A stretch of DNA of 64,000 bases from Minisyncoccota bacterium (GCA_041649495.1 JBAZMZ010000001.1:623-64622); one strand, 5' to 3'; positions 9,318-20,199 are shown, counted from the first letter of the stretch. Numbers and translations: made by a program. The notes: a model not told the origin generated them from the letters alone.

Positions 9318-10231
9318 AAGTTTTTGGTTACTATATCTAAGAAGGGGTTATTATATAATAGGTATTTTAATTTCTCCACACGGGTAAACTGACTGAAACC
9401 GTGGTTAAAATTTGGATCAATTTGAGCCACGCAAGTTATTGATTTTCTTATTGCCTCGATATAAGGTCGGTAAAAGGTTTTTCTTTTGGTGGCTGGAATA
9501 AAGTAGCCCTTAGCCTCAACAAATTTATCTTGATTGAGAAGTTTGAAAGCATGAAAATGATAAAAAATTACCTTTGGGGGTATCGAAGTTCGTATATTCC
9601 AGGGAGCTAGGCCAGCTCCAGGGTGTTGGATGACCGATAGGTTGGGGAATCTCTCGGGCCAATCGTTTAAATATAGCTGATCGCCGTAAAGACCATTTTC
9701 TAATCGATCGAAACACCAATCAATTACTTTATTAGCCCACCATTTAACAGCTTCTTGGCCGACCTTGTCATTTTTGAAATAAACAAAACCGACATTAAAA
9801 CGACCAACCTTTTGCGTAAATTCTTGTTGTTTTTTGGGAAAACGGTGCTCAATAATCCCAATTGAATTATTGCCAATTTCGACAAAGATTGGCTCTGGAT
9901 TATCAAAGAAATAGAGATCAGCGTCGAGGTAAGTAATACTTTCAACTTCTTCTTTTTTCAGCATAAAATGGCATAAATTAGCTGTGCAAGTCCACGCATA
10001 TTCGGCTGGGTTGCGAGAGGGTCTGACTCTTAATAGTCGTTCGTCTTCAAACTCAGACATCTTTATCAGCTTTATTTTTGGGAGATCCATCTTGGAAAGC
10101 AAGTCATATGTTTCTTCCTCTAAACAGAGAATCCAGAGAGTAAAATTAGGACAATGCTGCTTAAGTGAAAAATACAAAGCTAGGCCTCGATAAAGATAAT
10201 TCTTGTCAAATAGAGTGCAAAAATTACACAT
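9314..10231 (-). CDS. Putative GT-A fold glycosyltransferase
   Basis: FCTLFDKNYL start, YLDADLYFF (DxD), GDQLYL, GLAPWN. Confidence 0.75.
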   Translation of the reverse strand: MCNFCTLFDKNYLYRGLALYFSLKQHCPNFTLWILCLEEETYDLLSKMDLPKIKLIKMSEFEDERLLRVRPSRNPAEYAWTCTANLCHFMLKKEEVESITYLDADLYFFDNPEPIFVEIGNNSIGIIEHRFPKKQQEFTQKVGRFNVGFVYFKNDKVGQEAVKWWANKVIDWCFDRLENGLYGDQLYLNDWPERFPNLSVIQHPGAGLAPWNIRTSIPPKVIFYHFHAFKLLNQDKFVEAKGYFIPATKRKTFYRPYIEAIRKSITCVAQIDPNFNHGFSQFTRVEKLKYLLYNNPFLDIVTKNL

Positions 10232-11033
10232 GTTTTTTTAGTTTAAACAGGTAGCCCTTAAATTCTCCCCGAAAATTATGGCGCGCAATCTTTCTTTCTG
10301 GAGTTTCAAAATCTATTATCAACTCATATCGGGGGGCCAAAAAGTCTAGTAATTTTTGTTCACTGAAAAACCAACATGGGTAGCTGGCAGAGTAAATTTG
10401 TGGCGGGACTTTTTGGAGAGTAATAAAATCCTTGTTCCGTTTAGTTACACTTGTTCGGTCAAAGATTATAAATTCTAAATTTTTTGACAAAACTTCAGTC
10501 AAAATATCATACGGTTTTTCTATATACTGCAAAGAGCTGGAAAAAACTATTGTTGTTGGGTTAGTTTTTTTGATGCAATCTGAAATATTTTTGTAGAAAT
10601 TAAGTTGTTTATTAGAAAAATTTTCCTGCCCACATTTAACAAAGTTCGGTTGTTCAACAACGTTCCAGTGGATAGACAACAAATGTTTTATAAAAGGAAG
10701 GTGTTGGAAATAAATGCTCCCAAGGGAACCACCAAAATCAATCAGATTTAATCTCTGGCTATTTTGCCCGGCTACAAAGAGGAGGTTTGCTAGTAATGGC
10801 CACCGGGGTTCTTTTTTGTAAAACAAAACGGAATCTCGTTCATAAGTTGCCTCACCGGTCGTGACCTTAAGTAGGGCATTTTTAACTCTAGACAATATCA
10901 ATTTGTCGTTATAGCCGGTACTTTTTAATGCCACTTCAGACCAGTTTTGGTAAGGTCCAAACCAGCCATATCTTTGGCTGAGAATAAACCCCCTGATCTT
11001 TTTTGGGGTAACTTTTTTAAGAAAATTTTTCAT
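10224..11033 (-). CDS. Putative methyltransferase (TIGR04325-like)
   Basis: YERDSV, DFGGSLGS, WNVVEQ, SSSLQY, LQKVPPQIYSASYP. Confidence 0.75.
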   Translation of the reverse strand: MKNFLKKVTPKKIRGFILSQRYGWFGPYQNWSEVALKSTGYNDKLILSRVKNALLKVTTGEATYERDSVLFYKKEPRWPLLANLLFVAGQNSQRLNLIDFGGSLGSIYFQHLPFIKHLLSIHWNVVEQPNFVKCGQENFSNKQLNFYKNISDCIKKTNPTTIVFSSSLQYIEKPYDILTEVLSKNLEFIIFDRTSVTKRNKDFITLQKVPPQIYSASYPCWFFSEQKLLDFLAPRYELIIDFETPERKIARHNFRGEFKGYLFKLKKHV

Positions 11034-11770
11034 ATTATTTTTGCAGCACTGTCAGTTGTTCGATGGCCTTTGGCCCTTTCGAAGTAAGAATTGAATATCT
11101 TAAGGGCATCTTTGGGGGAAATTAAGTTATTCCTAACGCAATACCAATTTAAATAATTTTTCTCATAGACATTTGACCTAAAGGTTGCCCTAGCTTTTTT
11201 CACATTAAGAGCTCCAAGGGCGCTGAGGCGATGATTCCCATCAATAACCAAATATCTTACCTGGTTGTCTGTTTTGATGAGGCGGACTAACTCTATATAG
11301 TTATTATTTTTTTGGGGCTCATAACCGTTTTTTTTGATCAAATAATAGGCTCTTTCTAGCCAAACGAATTCTTCTTCGAGCCTAAAATTCAAGACACCTT
11401 TTGCTGAAAAGTGGGTCATAATGTCTGGGCAGTCGTTAGGGTCATCGAGCCAACAGCGGTCTTTTTCCATAAAAACACTTTTATTGTATTTAATCCATGG
11501 ATAAATCCAGAGGGGGACGTAATTTTCCAAAGTTATCCCTAGTGCTTGCCCTAGGTTTTTGGGTCTGTAATATTTTATAAAATCTATGAATTTTTCTTGT
11601 CGCTTGTCTTTTTCTATACCGTCATGCAGCTCGAGCGTATAGGTTTGATATGGATTATAATCATTGCCCCCATAACGGAAGCCTCCATAATGAACACACT
11701 CGTTTATCGATACTTCAACAGCAAAAGGAGGAATTATTTTTTTTAGGATCGATTTTATGAATTGTGGCAT
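11030..11770 (-). CDS. Hypothetical protein with ParB/Srx-like motif
   Basis: YLVIDGNHRL motif; in-operon overlaps with neighbours. Confidence 0.55.
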   Translation of the reverse strand: MPQFIKSILKKIIPPFAVEVSINECVHYGGFRYGGNDYNPYQTYTLELHDGIEKDKRQEKFIDFIKYYRPKNLGQALGITLENYVPLWIYPWIKYNKSVFMEKDRCWLDDPNDCPDIMTHFSAKGVLNFRLEEEFVWLERAYYLIKKNGYEPQKNNNYIELVRLIKTDNQVRYLVIDGNHRLSALGALNVKKARATFRSNVYEKNYLNWYCVRNNLISPKDALKIFNSYFERAKGHRTTDSAAKII

Positions 11771-12435
11771 ACTATGTAAATTCTCTCCCTATTTAAGGGG
11801 TCATCTTTACCTAAAACAAAATTATCTTTGATTTTTAGGTTGTGTATTTTTAATATCTCGCTTATCTCTTCTTTTTTATGAATAAAGTTTTTTATATCTC
11901 CCCAGGTTTTAATCTCATTTTTTCCTAACGCGAGATTCTTAATCTTACGTATTTTTCTTATAAGTCGGGAAGCAAGGGGGAGTTTTTTTTCTTGTCTCGG
12001 TTCAAATGTTTGAATAATTAATTCTTTTCGAAAAATACGACCAAATTCAGAAATCATCTTGTTGAGATCTTTTGAATTTAATAGATGAACTAATCTCCAG
12101 CAGATGACATAATCGATTGAATTGCCAGGAAAAGGCAGGGACGTGACATTGCCCAAGAATAGCTTTATTTTTTCATTATTTTTAAATTTATCTCTTACTT
12201 TTGCTAACATATCCGCAGAGATATCTGCTCCCATGACCGTCATATTTTTTTCCAGGAAGAAATCTACAAACCGACCAGTGCCAATGGGGGCATCAAGAAT
12301 GGTCGTCCCCATATCTAACCGAGAGAAGTAATCTCTTACAAAATCTTGCTCCCTTTCCCAAATCGGTTCGACAACACGGTCCCTCTCGTAATTATCGGCG
12401 ATATCCCCATAATAAGCTTTATTAGCGTTTATCAT
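11755..12435 (-). CDS. Class I SAM-dependent methyltransferase
   Basis: ILDAPIGTGR, GADISADML, LPFP..SID. Confidence 0.85.
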   Translation of the reverse strand: MINANKAYYGDIADNYERDRVVEPIWEREQDFVRDYFSRLDMGTTILDAPIGTGRFVDFFLEKNMTVMGADISADMLAKVRDKFKNNEKIKLFLGNVTSLPFPGNSIDYVICWRLVHLLNSKDLNKMISEFGRIFRKELIIQTFEPRQEKKLPLASRLIRKIRKIKNLALGKNEIKTWGDIKNFIHKKEEISEILKIHNLKIKDNFVLGKDDPLNRERIYIVCHNS

Positions 12436-12436
12436 T

Positions 12437-13366
12437 TTATTTTAATTTAGAAATTATTCGGCGCCAAATTTTTATTAAAAAAATTACTGGCCATGAATGA
12501 TTAAATTCAGAATGCATGATTGAAAAAATTATCTTATCATATTCTTTATCAACAACAAGGTTGCCATTATTTTTTAGGGGGAAATTAAGCTCTTGTCTTT
12601 CTAGCTTTTCGATTTGGGGCATTAAGGTCTTTGTATGGGTTGCCTCGGGGCCAAAGCCAATATTTGCTATTAAGTTTCTAGAAGGGAAAATAGCCAAACC
12701 ATTATAAAATGTTCTGAAAAAGGCCCATTGATATTCCCATTTTTTCTCTCTAATTCCAATGTTAAACAAATAGCGACGAGCCCAGTATTGTTTATTGTTG
12801 CCAATTTTTTCTTTTATTTTTTTCCTAGTCTCTCGGTCTTTCCATTGTTTCATTTCTGGATCGAGGAGCTCCCATGCTCGACGCCATGTTGCCCATCCCC
12901 AGACACCGCCTAGTGCCGAGAAGTAATAGTCTTGTTGGTCAGCTTTCCATTCCCCAGCCCAATTCATTCCGCTGACCATCATTATTTTGTTGTCATTCTT
13001 GTATTTTTCCAGCATTTGTTCACAGAAAAAGAAGAAAGATTGATTAGGTAAACAATCGTCCTCTATGATAATTGCTCGATCATATTTGGCTAAAATTTGA
13101 TTGATGCCGGAATAGACCCTCTCACTACAACCTAAATTAGTGCTAGAAAAGTCTTTAATAAATTCACAATCCCAGTCAATATCGGCGACTACGGCTTGGG
13201 ACTGTTCACATAACTCTTTTTCTCCGGGTTTATCTGGCCGAGGCCCGTCGGCTACAATATAAAGGTATTTTGGTTTGACTCTCTTGATCTCCTCAAAAAC
13301 TCGGATAGCCCGATCTGGCCGATTGAAGATGACAAATAAAATTGGGGTATTTAAAACCAGGGCCAT
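12437..13366 (-). CDS. Nucleotide-diphospho-sugar transferase (GT-A)
   Basis: FVIFNRPD, VADGPR, IIEDDC, WGWATWRRAW, NIGFG..ATHT. Confidence 0.8.
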   Translation of the reverse strand: MALVLNTPILFVIFNRPDRAIRVFEEIKRVKPKYLYIVADGPRPDKPGEKELCEQSQAVVADIDWDCEFIKDFSSTNLGCSERVYSGINQILAKYDRAIIIEDDCLPNQSFFFFCEQMLEKYKNDNKIMMVSGMNWAGEWKADQQDYYFSALGGVWGWATWRRAWELLDPEMKQWKDRETRKKIKEKIGNNKQYWARRYLFNIGIREKKWEYQWAFFRTFYNGLAIFPSRNLIANIGFGPEATHTKTLMPQIEKLERQELNFPLKNNGNLVVDKEYDKIIFSIMHSEFNHSWPVIFLIKIWRRIISKLK

Positions 13367-13545
13367 AACTTAATTTTAATTGTAACTTAAAATCTCGCAT
13401 GTTTCAAGCTGAGTTTTGCTCTAAAAATGCTTGATTTTTTGATAGATAAACAAAATTATGCAGACTCTTTATTTGGAAGATTAAAGACATGACAATTAGA
13501 TAATGAATCAATAGTTTGCAATTATCGCAAAAAAATATAAGCAAA

Positions 13546-13576
13546 GAGCCTGGCAATGATTTCCACTGCCAGGCTC
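13546..13576 (-). terminator. Probable terminator after the radical SAM gene
   Basis: GAGCCTGGCA/TGCCAGGCTC stem followed by TTTGCTT on the minus strand. Confidence 0.55.
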
Positions 13577-13635
13577 GAAAAGAACGGGATGCAATTTCCT
13601 CTGCTTCTGCACAGAATGGAAGATGGCAGATCCCC

Positions 13636-15069
13636 TTACCCTATGCTGTGCTCGATGCTTTGTACCACGGTCTGTGGGTAAGGGATACCCAACTCTTCCC
13701 GCACTTTCTGTTCGACTTGGTCTCGCCGGGCGACGACTTCCTCCGCCGACAAGAAGTCGGTGAAGACATTTGCTTGGTATTCCCCGGGGCGTCCTTTGTA
13801 GAAGCTCCCGGAGAACGCTAGCCAATCGATCTCCCGGCTATAAAGTCGGTCGCCATTGGGACGGGTGTAGACCCACACTCCTGCTCTCGTCGGGTCTGGG
13901 ACAGCTTCGTCATGGTAGGACGTTCCTGGGTACACCGTAACGATTGTGGCGTCAAAGTCGTCCACGCCATTTTCAAGCAGCCACTTCTGTGTCGCTTGGA
14001 TCGTTGCCGACGATTCACCTGGGTGGCCAATTGACATCAGGGCCTTGACCTTTAGTTGATGAGCCCGAGCGATTTCCACGCATCGGGTGTTCTCCTCCGC
14101 TGTTGATCGCTTGCTCATGTTCTGGAGCATTCTGTCCGACCCTGACTCAAAACCCGCCAGGATCCAGCGGAAACCGGCTTCGTACATCAGCCCAGCTTGT
14201 TCATTCGTGAAAAGTTGGGACTTCACGAATCCGCGAAGACGGAATTCTGCACCGAGACGCTCTTGTAGTCCGATGATTCCCCTTAGTAATTTGGGGAACA
14301 TCGGGCTCACATTGAGCTCGTCGTCAAAGAACATGAAGCCTTTGACGCCGTAAGTCTGGTGCAATTGCTCTATCTCGGCCAAGATGCTTCCGATGGGGCG
14401 ACTACGCATTCGCCGAAACGAAGGCGCATGACGCCCGCCACAGAATCCACAACCAAACGGGCAGCCGAGTTGCGAGACGAGGCTTAAGGCCTCTTCTCCC
14501 TCGATTCGGTAGTGATAACTACCGATATCGATGAGTTCTCTGTCGGGCCAAGGGAGACGGGCTAGGTCCTCTCTTGTTAAGAACAGGGGGCTTTTGGGAT
14601 CGTCGGCACTGATCAGTTTGGGCGGGTTGGGCCCTAATGCCACGAAGATGGCCTTTTCACCATCCCCGGCGACCAGGACGTCAACCAAGTCCTTTAGCTG
14701 ACGCAGGGCCACTGTCGCTCGGCCGGGAGATTTTTCTCTTCGCGCTGAGGCGTTGATCAGTGTCACGTGAGCTCCACCCAAAATAATCCGGACCGTTGGC
14801 TGTTCGTGGCGAATAATTGCCACGATTTTGGCCACGGCCGGCATCTGTGGTGTTGTGGCCGTGATACCAACGGTCACGGGTTTTGTCTCCCGCAAATACT
14901 CACAGAGGACTTCTTCATAATTGACGGTGCCGGACAGATCCAACACCTCAACCCGAAGACCCTTCTCCTCCATTGCTGCTGCCACCTTTAGTGCCCCCAG
15001 ACTGACGAATACTCGCTGGTCAGACAGGAAAGCGGAAGGGGTCATGATTAGGCACACTTTTTTATCCAA
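13636..15069 (-). CDS. Cobalamin-binding radical SAM protein
   Basis: GCPFGCGFC (CxxxCxxC), GGAHVT and GDGE B12-domain motifs, FFDDE, GFESGS; visibly more GC-rich than neighbours, with AGAAGGAG upstream. Confidence 0.9.
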   Translation of the reverse strand: MDKKVCLIMTPSAFLSDQRVFVSLGALKVAAAMEEKGLRVEVLDLSGTVNYEEVLCEYLRETKPVTVGITATTPQMPAVAKIVAIIRHEQPTVRIILGGAHVTLINASARREKSPGRATVALRQLKDLVDVLVAGDGEKAIFVALGPNPPKLISADDPKSPLFLTREDLARLPWPDRELIDIGSYHYRIEGEEALSLVSQLGCPFGCGFCGGRHAPSFRRMRSRPIGSILAEIEQLHQTYGVKGFMFFDDELNVSPMFPKLLRGIIGLQERLGAEFRLRGFVKSQLFTNEQAGLMYEAGFRWILAGFESGSDRMLQNMSKRSTAEENTRCVEIARAHQLKVKALMSIGHPGESSATIQATQKWLLENGVDDFDATIVTVYPGTSYHDEAVPDPTRAGVWVYTRPNGDRLYSREIDWLAFSGSFYKGRPGEYQANVFTDFLSAEEVVARRDQVEQKVREELGIPYPQTVVQSIEHSIG

Positions 15070-15134
15070 GACGTTTCTCCTTCTGCTTTCAAGCAGGGTT
15101 GTGTGAATGACAAAGTTTCCTTTTAAAAAATACT

Positions 15135-16127
15135 CTAAATAGAGCTATTTGTCAAATTCAAATTTTTTGTAAATATTTTCTTAAATCGGTGTTTAATCCT
15201 TAAATAATAACCCAAAAGACTATCCCTTGGGACATAAATTGGCGATGGGAACTTAATTTGCAATGGGGGATGTGTTCTCCCAAAGGTTTTTTCGGGGTTA
15301 GGTATTAAAATATCACCTATTTCTATTAGTTCACTCAGTATATTCCTGGTAAAATCGCGACAATTAAATGTACAGATGAAATCAAGAGCTTTTTTGTTAA
15401 AAACATAATAATGTTCAACAAAAATATCCCTCCAATTATAGTTCATTTTACCGTCATTGTACTCTCTCAAATAATAAGATTCATTAAAATTCACACGATG
15501 TAAATACTCCACCTCAGGGCAGGTATAGGCACTCAATCCGGCACATAAAAAGCGCCAAGCAAAGCCCTGAGTGTCAAAACCGTGTAATGTAGGGTACCCT
15601 CCAGTTTTAGCAAAAGCTTCTTTTGTATACATAAAATTGACACAGAGGGGAAGAAAGCCTTTGTTTTTTGAGAGTAAAGATTCAAACGGTATTTTTTTGT
15701 TGAGGTAAGGGGAGGTTTCTATGTGGTGGATATTTTCGATATTTTTACCGCTAAACTTTATTGATCGATGGATGGTTACTCCGTCACATTCTTTTTCTTT
15801 CAAAAATTTTACCATTTTTCCTAATGCTCCTTTGGGTAACAAGTCATCACTGTCCAAACAAAAAATAATATTTCCGGTAGATTTTTGGACGGCAGTATTT
15901 CTTGTTGCTCCGCCACCTAAATTTTTTTCGTGTTGGTAATGGCCAAGATTGGGGTATTTTCTAGCCAATTTCTCAATAACTTCTTGGGTTTTGTCTGTTG
16001 AAGCATCGTCAACCAAGATCAATTCAAATGGAATTGTCAGTCCTTGCTGACAGGCCGAAACCACGGCTTCTTCGAGCGTGTCTTGGCAATTATAACAGGG
16101 GATTATTATAGATAATTTATCGTTCAT
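15135..16127 (-). CDS. Glycosyltransferase family 2
   Basis: SIIIPCYN, VDDASTD, LDSDD. Confidence 0.85.
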   Translation of the reverse strand: MNDKLSIIIPCYNCQDTLEEAVVSACQQGLTIPFELILVDDASTDKTQEVIEKLARKYPNLGHYQHEKNLGGGATRNTAVQKSTGNIIFCLDSDDLLPKGALGKMVKFLKEKECDGVTIHRSIKFSGKNIENIHHIETSPYLNKKIPFESLLSKNKGFLPLCVNFMYTKEAFAKTGGYPTLHGFDTQGFAWRFLCAGLSAYTCPEVEYLHRVNFNESYYLREYNDGKMNYNWRDIFVEHYYVFNKKALDFICTFNCRDFTRNILSELIEIGDILIPNPEKTFGRTHPPLQIKFPSPIYVPRDSLLGYYLRIKHRFKKIFTKNLNLTNSSI

Positions 16128-16131
16128 CTAG

Positions 16132-17022
16132 TCAATCGTTATTTTTTATCAAATTGATCCAATAGTCCAGGAAAAGAGGTTTAGTATTGGCTTGGGCCAT
16201 TATCTCTGTGTATTTACTAGCTAACTCTGTTTCGGAGAAATTTTTAATTTCTTGCCAGTCATCAACGAGCCAAATAGGCAGCCCTAATTGTGAAAAAGAT
16301 TCCATCATAAATGAGCGTTTCACTATCGGGATGACTCCTAGGTACATCGCCTCCCACATTCTATGAGAATCAATGGCATTACCTGGGGGCGAAGCTACAA
16401 ATTTATAGCCGTTTAATTTCTCTAAATACTGTTTGGCGTTTAGTTTCCCCCTTATTTCGTCTGCAGAGGGGCATTTAATGAGGGCATCATAAGCTGGCTG
16501 TCTTTCCCCTGGATTGGTGGAGATACTGAAACCAAACAGAATACGATTTATTTTATCCCCTCCTTTCCATCGGTTTTTGTCAAAAAGTTTTGTTATTCCA
16601 TTATTATAATAGCTTAAATTCTCTAGTCCGGCGGGAATGGGTGTAATTTGGGGGTGGGAGACAGTAACACTCATCGCGTACCATTTGTTAATCTTTTTGT
16701 CTGCGTATTTCGCCAATTGCTCAGTAACTAGAGTATCTCCGTTATGGGTAATTAATATATAGGGCTTAGTAATATGGGGGTGGACTTCTTGAAAGAATTT
16801 TTCAGCTTGCTCAATGCAAACAAAAATTATCGTGTTTTCTTTTATCTTCCCTAAAACAATTGAATTTAATCCTTTTTCGTATACCATATTTGCAAAAGCC
16901 CTGAAAGAATCACCGCTTATATAGGGGCAACTTGAGGGATGAGGATTAGGCAACAGCTTAATTGCTCGTCGATACAGACCTCGCCTTAATCTAAAGATAA
17001 AATTTTGAATAAGGAGAAACAT
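16132..17022 (-). CDS. Glycan-associated protein with exostosin/GT47-like C-terminal motif
   Basis: PYISGDSFR; YKFVASPPGNAIDSHRMWEAMYLGVIPIV. Confidence 0.55.
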   Translation of the reverse strand: MFLLIQNFIFRLRRGLYRRAIKLLPNPHPSSCPYISGDSFRAFANMVYEKGLNSIVLGKIKENTIIFVCIEQAEKFFQEVHPHITKPYILITHNGDTLVTEQLAKYADKKINKWYAMSVTVSHPQITPIPAGLENLSYYNNGITKLFDKNRWKGGDKINRILFGFSISTNPGERQPAYDALIKCPSADEIRGKLNAKQYLEKLNGYKFVASPPGNAIDSHRMWEAMYLGVIPIVKRSFMMESFSQLGLPIWLVDDWQEIKNFSETELASKYTEIMAQANTKPLFLDYWINLIKNND

Positions 17023-17028
17023 AGTGCT

Positions 17029-17760
17029 TTAAGGCTGAGTCGCCTCTTTTGCTTGGTATAAATAATCAACACCATTGATAATTGTAATTAGTTGGTAGTT
17101 GTAATCTAGAAAAGACCCTATTTTTTTTTGTCTTTTCTCGCTATGTATCTCAATAAGTAAAAAATTTGGCTTATACTTCCTAAAGCTTAAGCCTCTCAGA
17201 GCTTCTAGCTCGTAACCCTCGATATCTAGAGTAAGTAGATCTATCGTTCTCATTTTATGACTTAAAAAATACTCATCTAAAAGTGAGTCTAATGTCGAGG
17301 TTGGAACGGTGATTTCTCTCGCGGTTATTTTCTGAGCTTTTTCACCAGCACGAACCCAATCTAAATAGTCAAACGAATCATCTTTGACTATGGTCATGGC
17401 GTTACAGTCAATAAGCGTTAAAACTGGTTTTAGAAAATCACAACTGACCAAAGCTTTTTTAACGATTATCGATCGGGGACGATTTATCTGGCAATATCGG
17501 CTGGCTCGGGTCGGTTCTATTATTATCCCGGTCCAACCCAGGAAACGTTCAAGGTAGTAAGTTGGATCTTGAAAGTAGCCATCATTTCCTCCTCCCACAA
17601 CAAAAAATCCTCCTTTTTTGTTGATATATTTTAACAATTTGTCGTGACCCAAATAAGGTTTAGAAAATTTTTCATCTCCCCACCATTCATATATTTTCCT
17701 TTTAAGTATTGTTAGTTGCGCAAATAGGTAGGGTTTTATTTTTTTTAGTATATTTATCAT
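17029..17760 (-). CDS. FkbM-family methyltransferase
   Basis: GGNDG, GWTGIIIEP, IDLLTLDIEGYELEALRG; start moved to the second Met. Confidence 0.8.
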   Translation of the reverse strand: MINILKKIKPYLFAQLTILKRKIYEWWGDEKFSKPYLGHDKLLKYINKKGGFFVVGGGNDGYFQDPTYYLERFLGWTGIIIEPTRASRYCQINRPRSIIVKKALVSCDFLKPVLTLIDCNAMTIVKDDSFDYLDWVRAGEKAQKITAREITVPTSTLDSLLDEYFLSHKMRTIDLLTLDIEGYELEALRGLSFRKYKPNFLLIEIHSEKRQKKIGSFLDYNYQLITIINGVDYLYQAKEATQP

Positions 17761-17764
17761 TGCT

Positions 17765-18655
17765 TTATGAGTTTTTGCCACTATCGACACTGCTGTTTGT
17801 TCTCCAGAAGCAAATGGGAATTTTATTGTCGGTTCCTACGGAGTATAACAGATTCATCCTGATTTGAAAGTCACGGTCTGAAAAGCGAACAAGACGATCT
17901 TTTTTATTTCTGTAAAGTCCAACCGAAAGAGCTTTTTTCCGCGAAAAGGTTGATCCAGAATGAGTCATGTTCAAACTGCAAAAATCCTCAAAACCTAAGG
18001 CGTCGCTCGGGGTTGTTATCTGTAGGGAGATATCTTTTATCGAAAAATGATCTTCCACCCTTTTTTTACTTGTCTCGAGAAAATTGTCGTTGTCAAAATT
18101 TATATTACCAAACCCTATTAAGGCCAAATCTTTTCGATCCCTGAGCATCCGCAAAGATATTTCTATTGCATCATGCATTAAATAGTCGTCATCGTTGAGG
18201 ATCATCACCACGTCGGTTGTTGCTAACCCGGTCGCCCTGTTTATGCTTAACGCTTGGCCCAAGTTTTTTTCGTTTTTGCGAACAATAAACTCTATTTTCT
18301 CTTCGGGATTATTTTTTTGATAATCTGATACCAAGCCTCGAATAACCTCTGAGGTCTGGTCGCGCGAACAATCATCAATCAAAATTACCTGGTCAGGGAG
18401 ACGAGTCTGGTTAATAATTGATCTAAAAGTCAAGGATAAGAACTTGCTGTGGTTATAACAAGGGACAATAATGGCAATTGTCCTAACTCTGGTTGGTTCA
18501 TTAACTTTCTTTCCCTCGAACTCTTTTTTGAATCTCATCATCTTATTAAGAGGTACTTGACGCTGGCGAATTAGCTCCAAAAACCATTTAGGTAATAATC
18601 CCCGAATAGTGATTTTGGCATTGTATTTAAACATCTCTCGTTGGCTTCTGTTCAT
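17765..18655 (-). CDS. Glycosyltransferase family 2
   Basis: IIVPCYN, IDDCSRD, LNDDD. Confidence 0.8.
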   Translation of the reverse strand: MNRSQREMFKYNAKITIRGLLPKWFLELIRQRQVPLNKMMRFKKEFEGKKVNEPTRVRTIAIIVPCYNHSKFLSLTFRSIINQTRLPDQVILIDDCSRDQTSEVIRGLVSDYQKNNPEEKIEFIVRKNEKNLGQALSINRATGLATTDVVMILNDDDYLMHDAIEISLRMLRDRKDLALIGFGNINFDNDNFLETSKKRVEDHFSIKDISLQITTPSDALGFEDFCSLNMTHSGSTFSRKKALSVGLYRNKKDRLVRFSDRDFQIRMNLLYSVGTDNKIPICFWRTNSSVDSGKNS

Positions 18656-20199
18656 GGTTTGGAAAAATTTTTGATTCGGAGAATTGCTAAATTAGAAAAC
18701 TTTTTAAAATCTTGCCAATCTTCTTTTTCCACAAAACCCAAGACTTTATAGAGAAGCAGGTAAACAATAACCGCGCCGGGACCCAAGATGGCCAGGGTCG
18801 GGAAGTTGACGATTAAGGGTGAAATTAAAAATTTAGCAACAAAAAAGAAAATAGCCGCAGTCGTGCCAATTCGCCAGATAATTTGGCGATAATATTTGCC
18901 TCGGCCAATTAGGCCCAAATATTTTTTCTCAGCGAAATAAATCATATAAAAGATAGGCAACATTGATAAAAGATAGGCCCAGGCGGCACCGGTGACGCCA
19001 TATTTGGGTAGCAAAAGGAAGAGGAAGAGGGCATTTAGCCCGGCCATAATAGTGTTGAGAATAGAGGAAAATTTTATTTTGCCTAAACCGAAAAAGAAAG
19101 CATTGATGGGCGAAAGCAGGGCAATCATGAAATTTGTCAAAGTTAAGATAACCAAAATGTTGGTGGATTTATTGGCCACGTCGGCATTTATCCAGTAACG
19201 CATGATGGGGTAAGCTAAAAAAATTACAGATAAGGAAATGGCCGAGGCAATAGTTGTGACCAAACGAACAGAACGGATGTAAAAACGCCGAAGTTGTTCT
19301 TGGTTACCCGTACCATTGATGCTGGCCGAAATGGGGAAAATAATCCCAGAGAGGTTGTCGGTTACCCCCGGGATGCGGGCGGCGACATTGCCGGGCAAAC
19401 TATAGTAAGTCAGCTGCGTTGGGCCGATAAAGATTGGGATAATTAGTCGATCTAGGTAGGCAAGGGAAGTACTAGCCGTATTGTTTATTACTGTGGCAAT
19501 TCCAAAACGATAACAATGTCTAATTTCTTCCTTGTCCCAGCCTAATTGGTAATGAGCCAGGGGTAGGATTTGGAGAGCGTATCGACGTCGGACTAAAACA
19601 AAGATGGCAGTTAGGATTAACTGGGAAATAAAAATGGCGATTAATTTATAGCCGAGCAAAACTAAAATCAGAATTGTTAATGGGGAGAGCGTAAGATAAA
19701 CGATGTTAACTTTGGAAGAAATATCATAACGCTGGAGCGCTTCGGGGATAATGTTGTATGAATTATTAATTGAACTGATAAAAAAACTCAGACCAGCAAT
19801 AATAAAGAGGATTAGATAAAACTGTTGGCCAGCGAGACGGTCAGCGAAAAGCCAACGACCCCCCAATGAAAGTAAGATTGTGGTGGTTAGGCCAGAAAGA
19901 CCAATGAGGAGGAAGAGGCTATTGGCTGAACGGAGCAACTTTTTGATTTTTTCAGTTTCCAACTGGGCTGAGTATTCGGCGAGGAATTTCATTACGGCGT
20001 AAGAGATCCCCAAGTCGAGCAAGCCGAGCAAACTAGTGATTGCTCCGATAAAGATGTAGATACCATAATCTTTGGCCCCTAATCTAAGGACAACAATTGG
20101 GGTAATAAGAATCGAAAAAACCATTGGCCAGATAAAAGCCGTAAAACGATAAGAAATATTCTTTAGGGTCTTGTAGGTTAAAGAAGAGGTTTCCATCAT
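18652..20199 (-). CDS. Polysaccharide flippase (Wzx/MOP family)
   Basis: Many TM segments; LGAKDYG, LDLGI, YLDRLII, PKYGVTGAAWA. Confidence 0.85.
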   Translation of the reverse strand: MMETSSLTYKTLKNISYRFTAFIWPMVFSILITPIVVLRLGAKDYGIYIFIGAITSLLGLLDLGISYAVMKFLAEYSAQLETEKIKKLLRSANSLFLLIGLSGLTTTILLSLGGRWLFADRLAGQQFYLILFIIAGLSFFISSINNSYNIIPEALQRYDISSKVNIVYLTLSPLTILILVLLGYKLIAIFISQLILTAIFVLVRRRYALQILPLAHYQLGWDKEEIRHCYRFGIATVINNTASTSLAYLDRLIIPIFIGPTQLTYYSLPGNVAARIPGVTDNLSGIIFPISASINGTGNQEQLRRFYIRSVRLVTTIASAISLSVIFLAYPIMRYWINADVANKSTNILVILTLTNFMIALLSPINAFFFGLGKIKFSSILNTIMAGLNALFLFLLLPKYGVTGAAWAYLLSMLPIFYMIYFAEKKYLGLIGRGKYYRQIIWRIGTTAAIFFFVAKFLISPLIVNFPTLAILGPGAVIVYLLLYKVLGFVEKEDWQDFKKFSNLAILRIKNFSKP

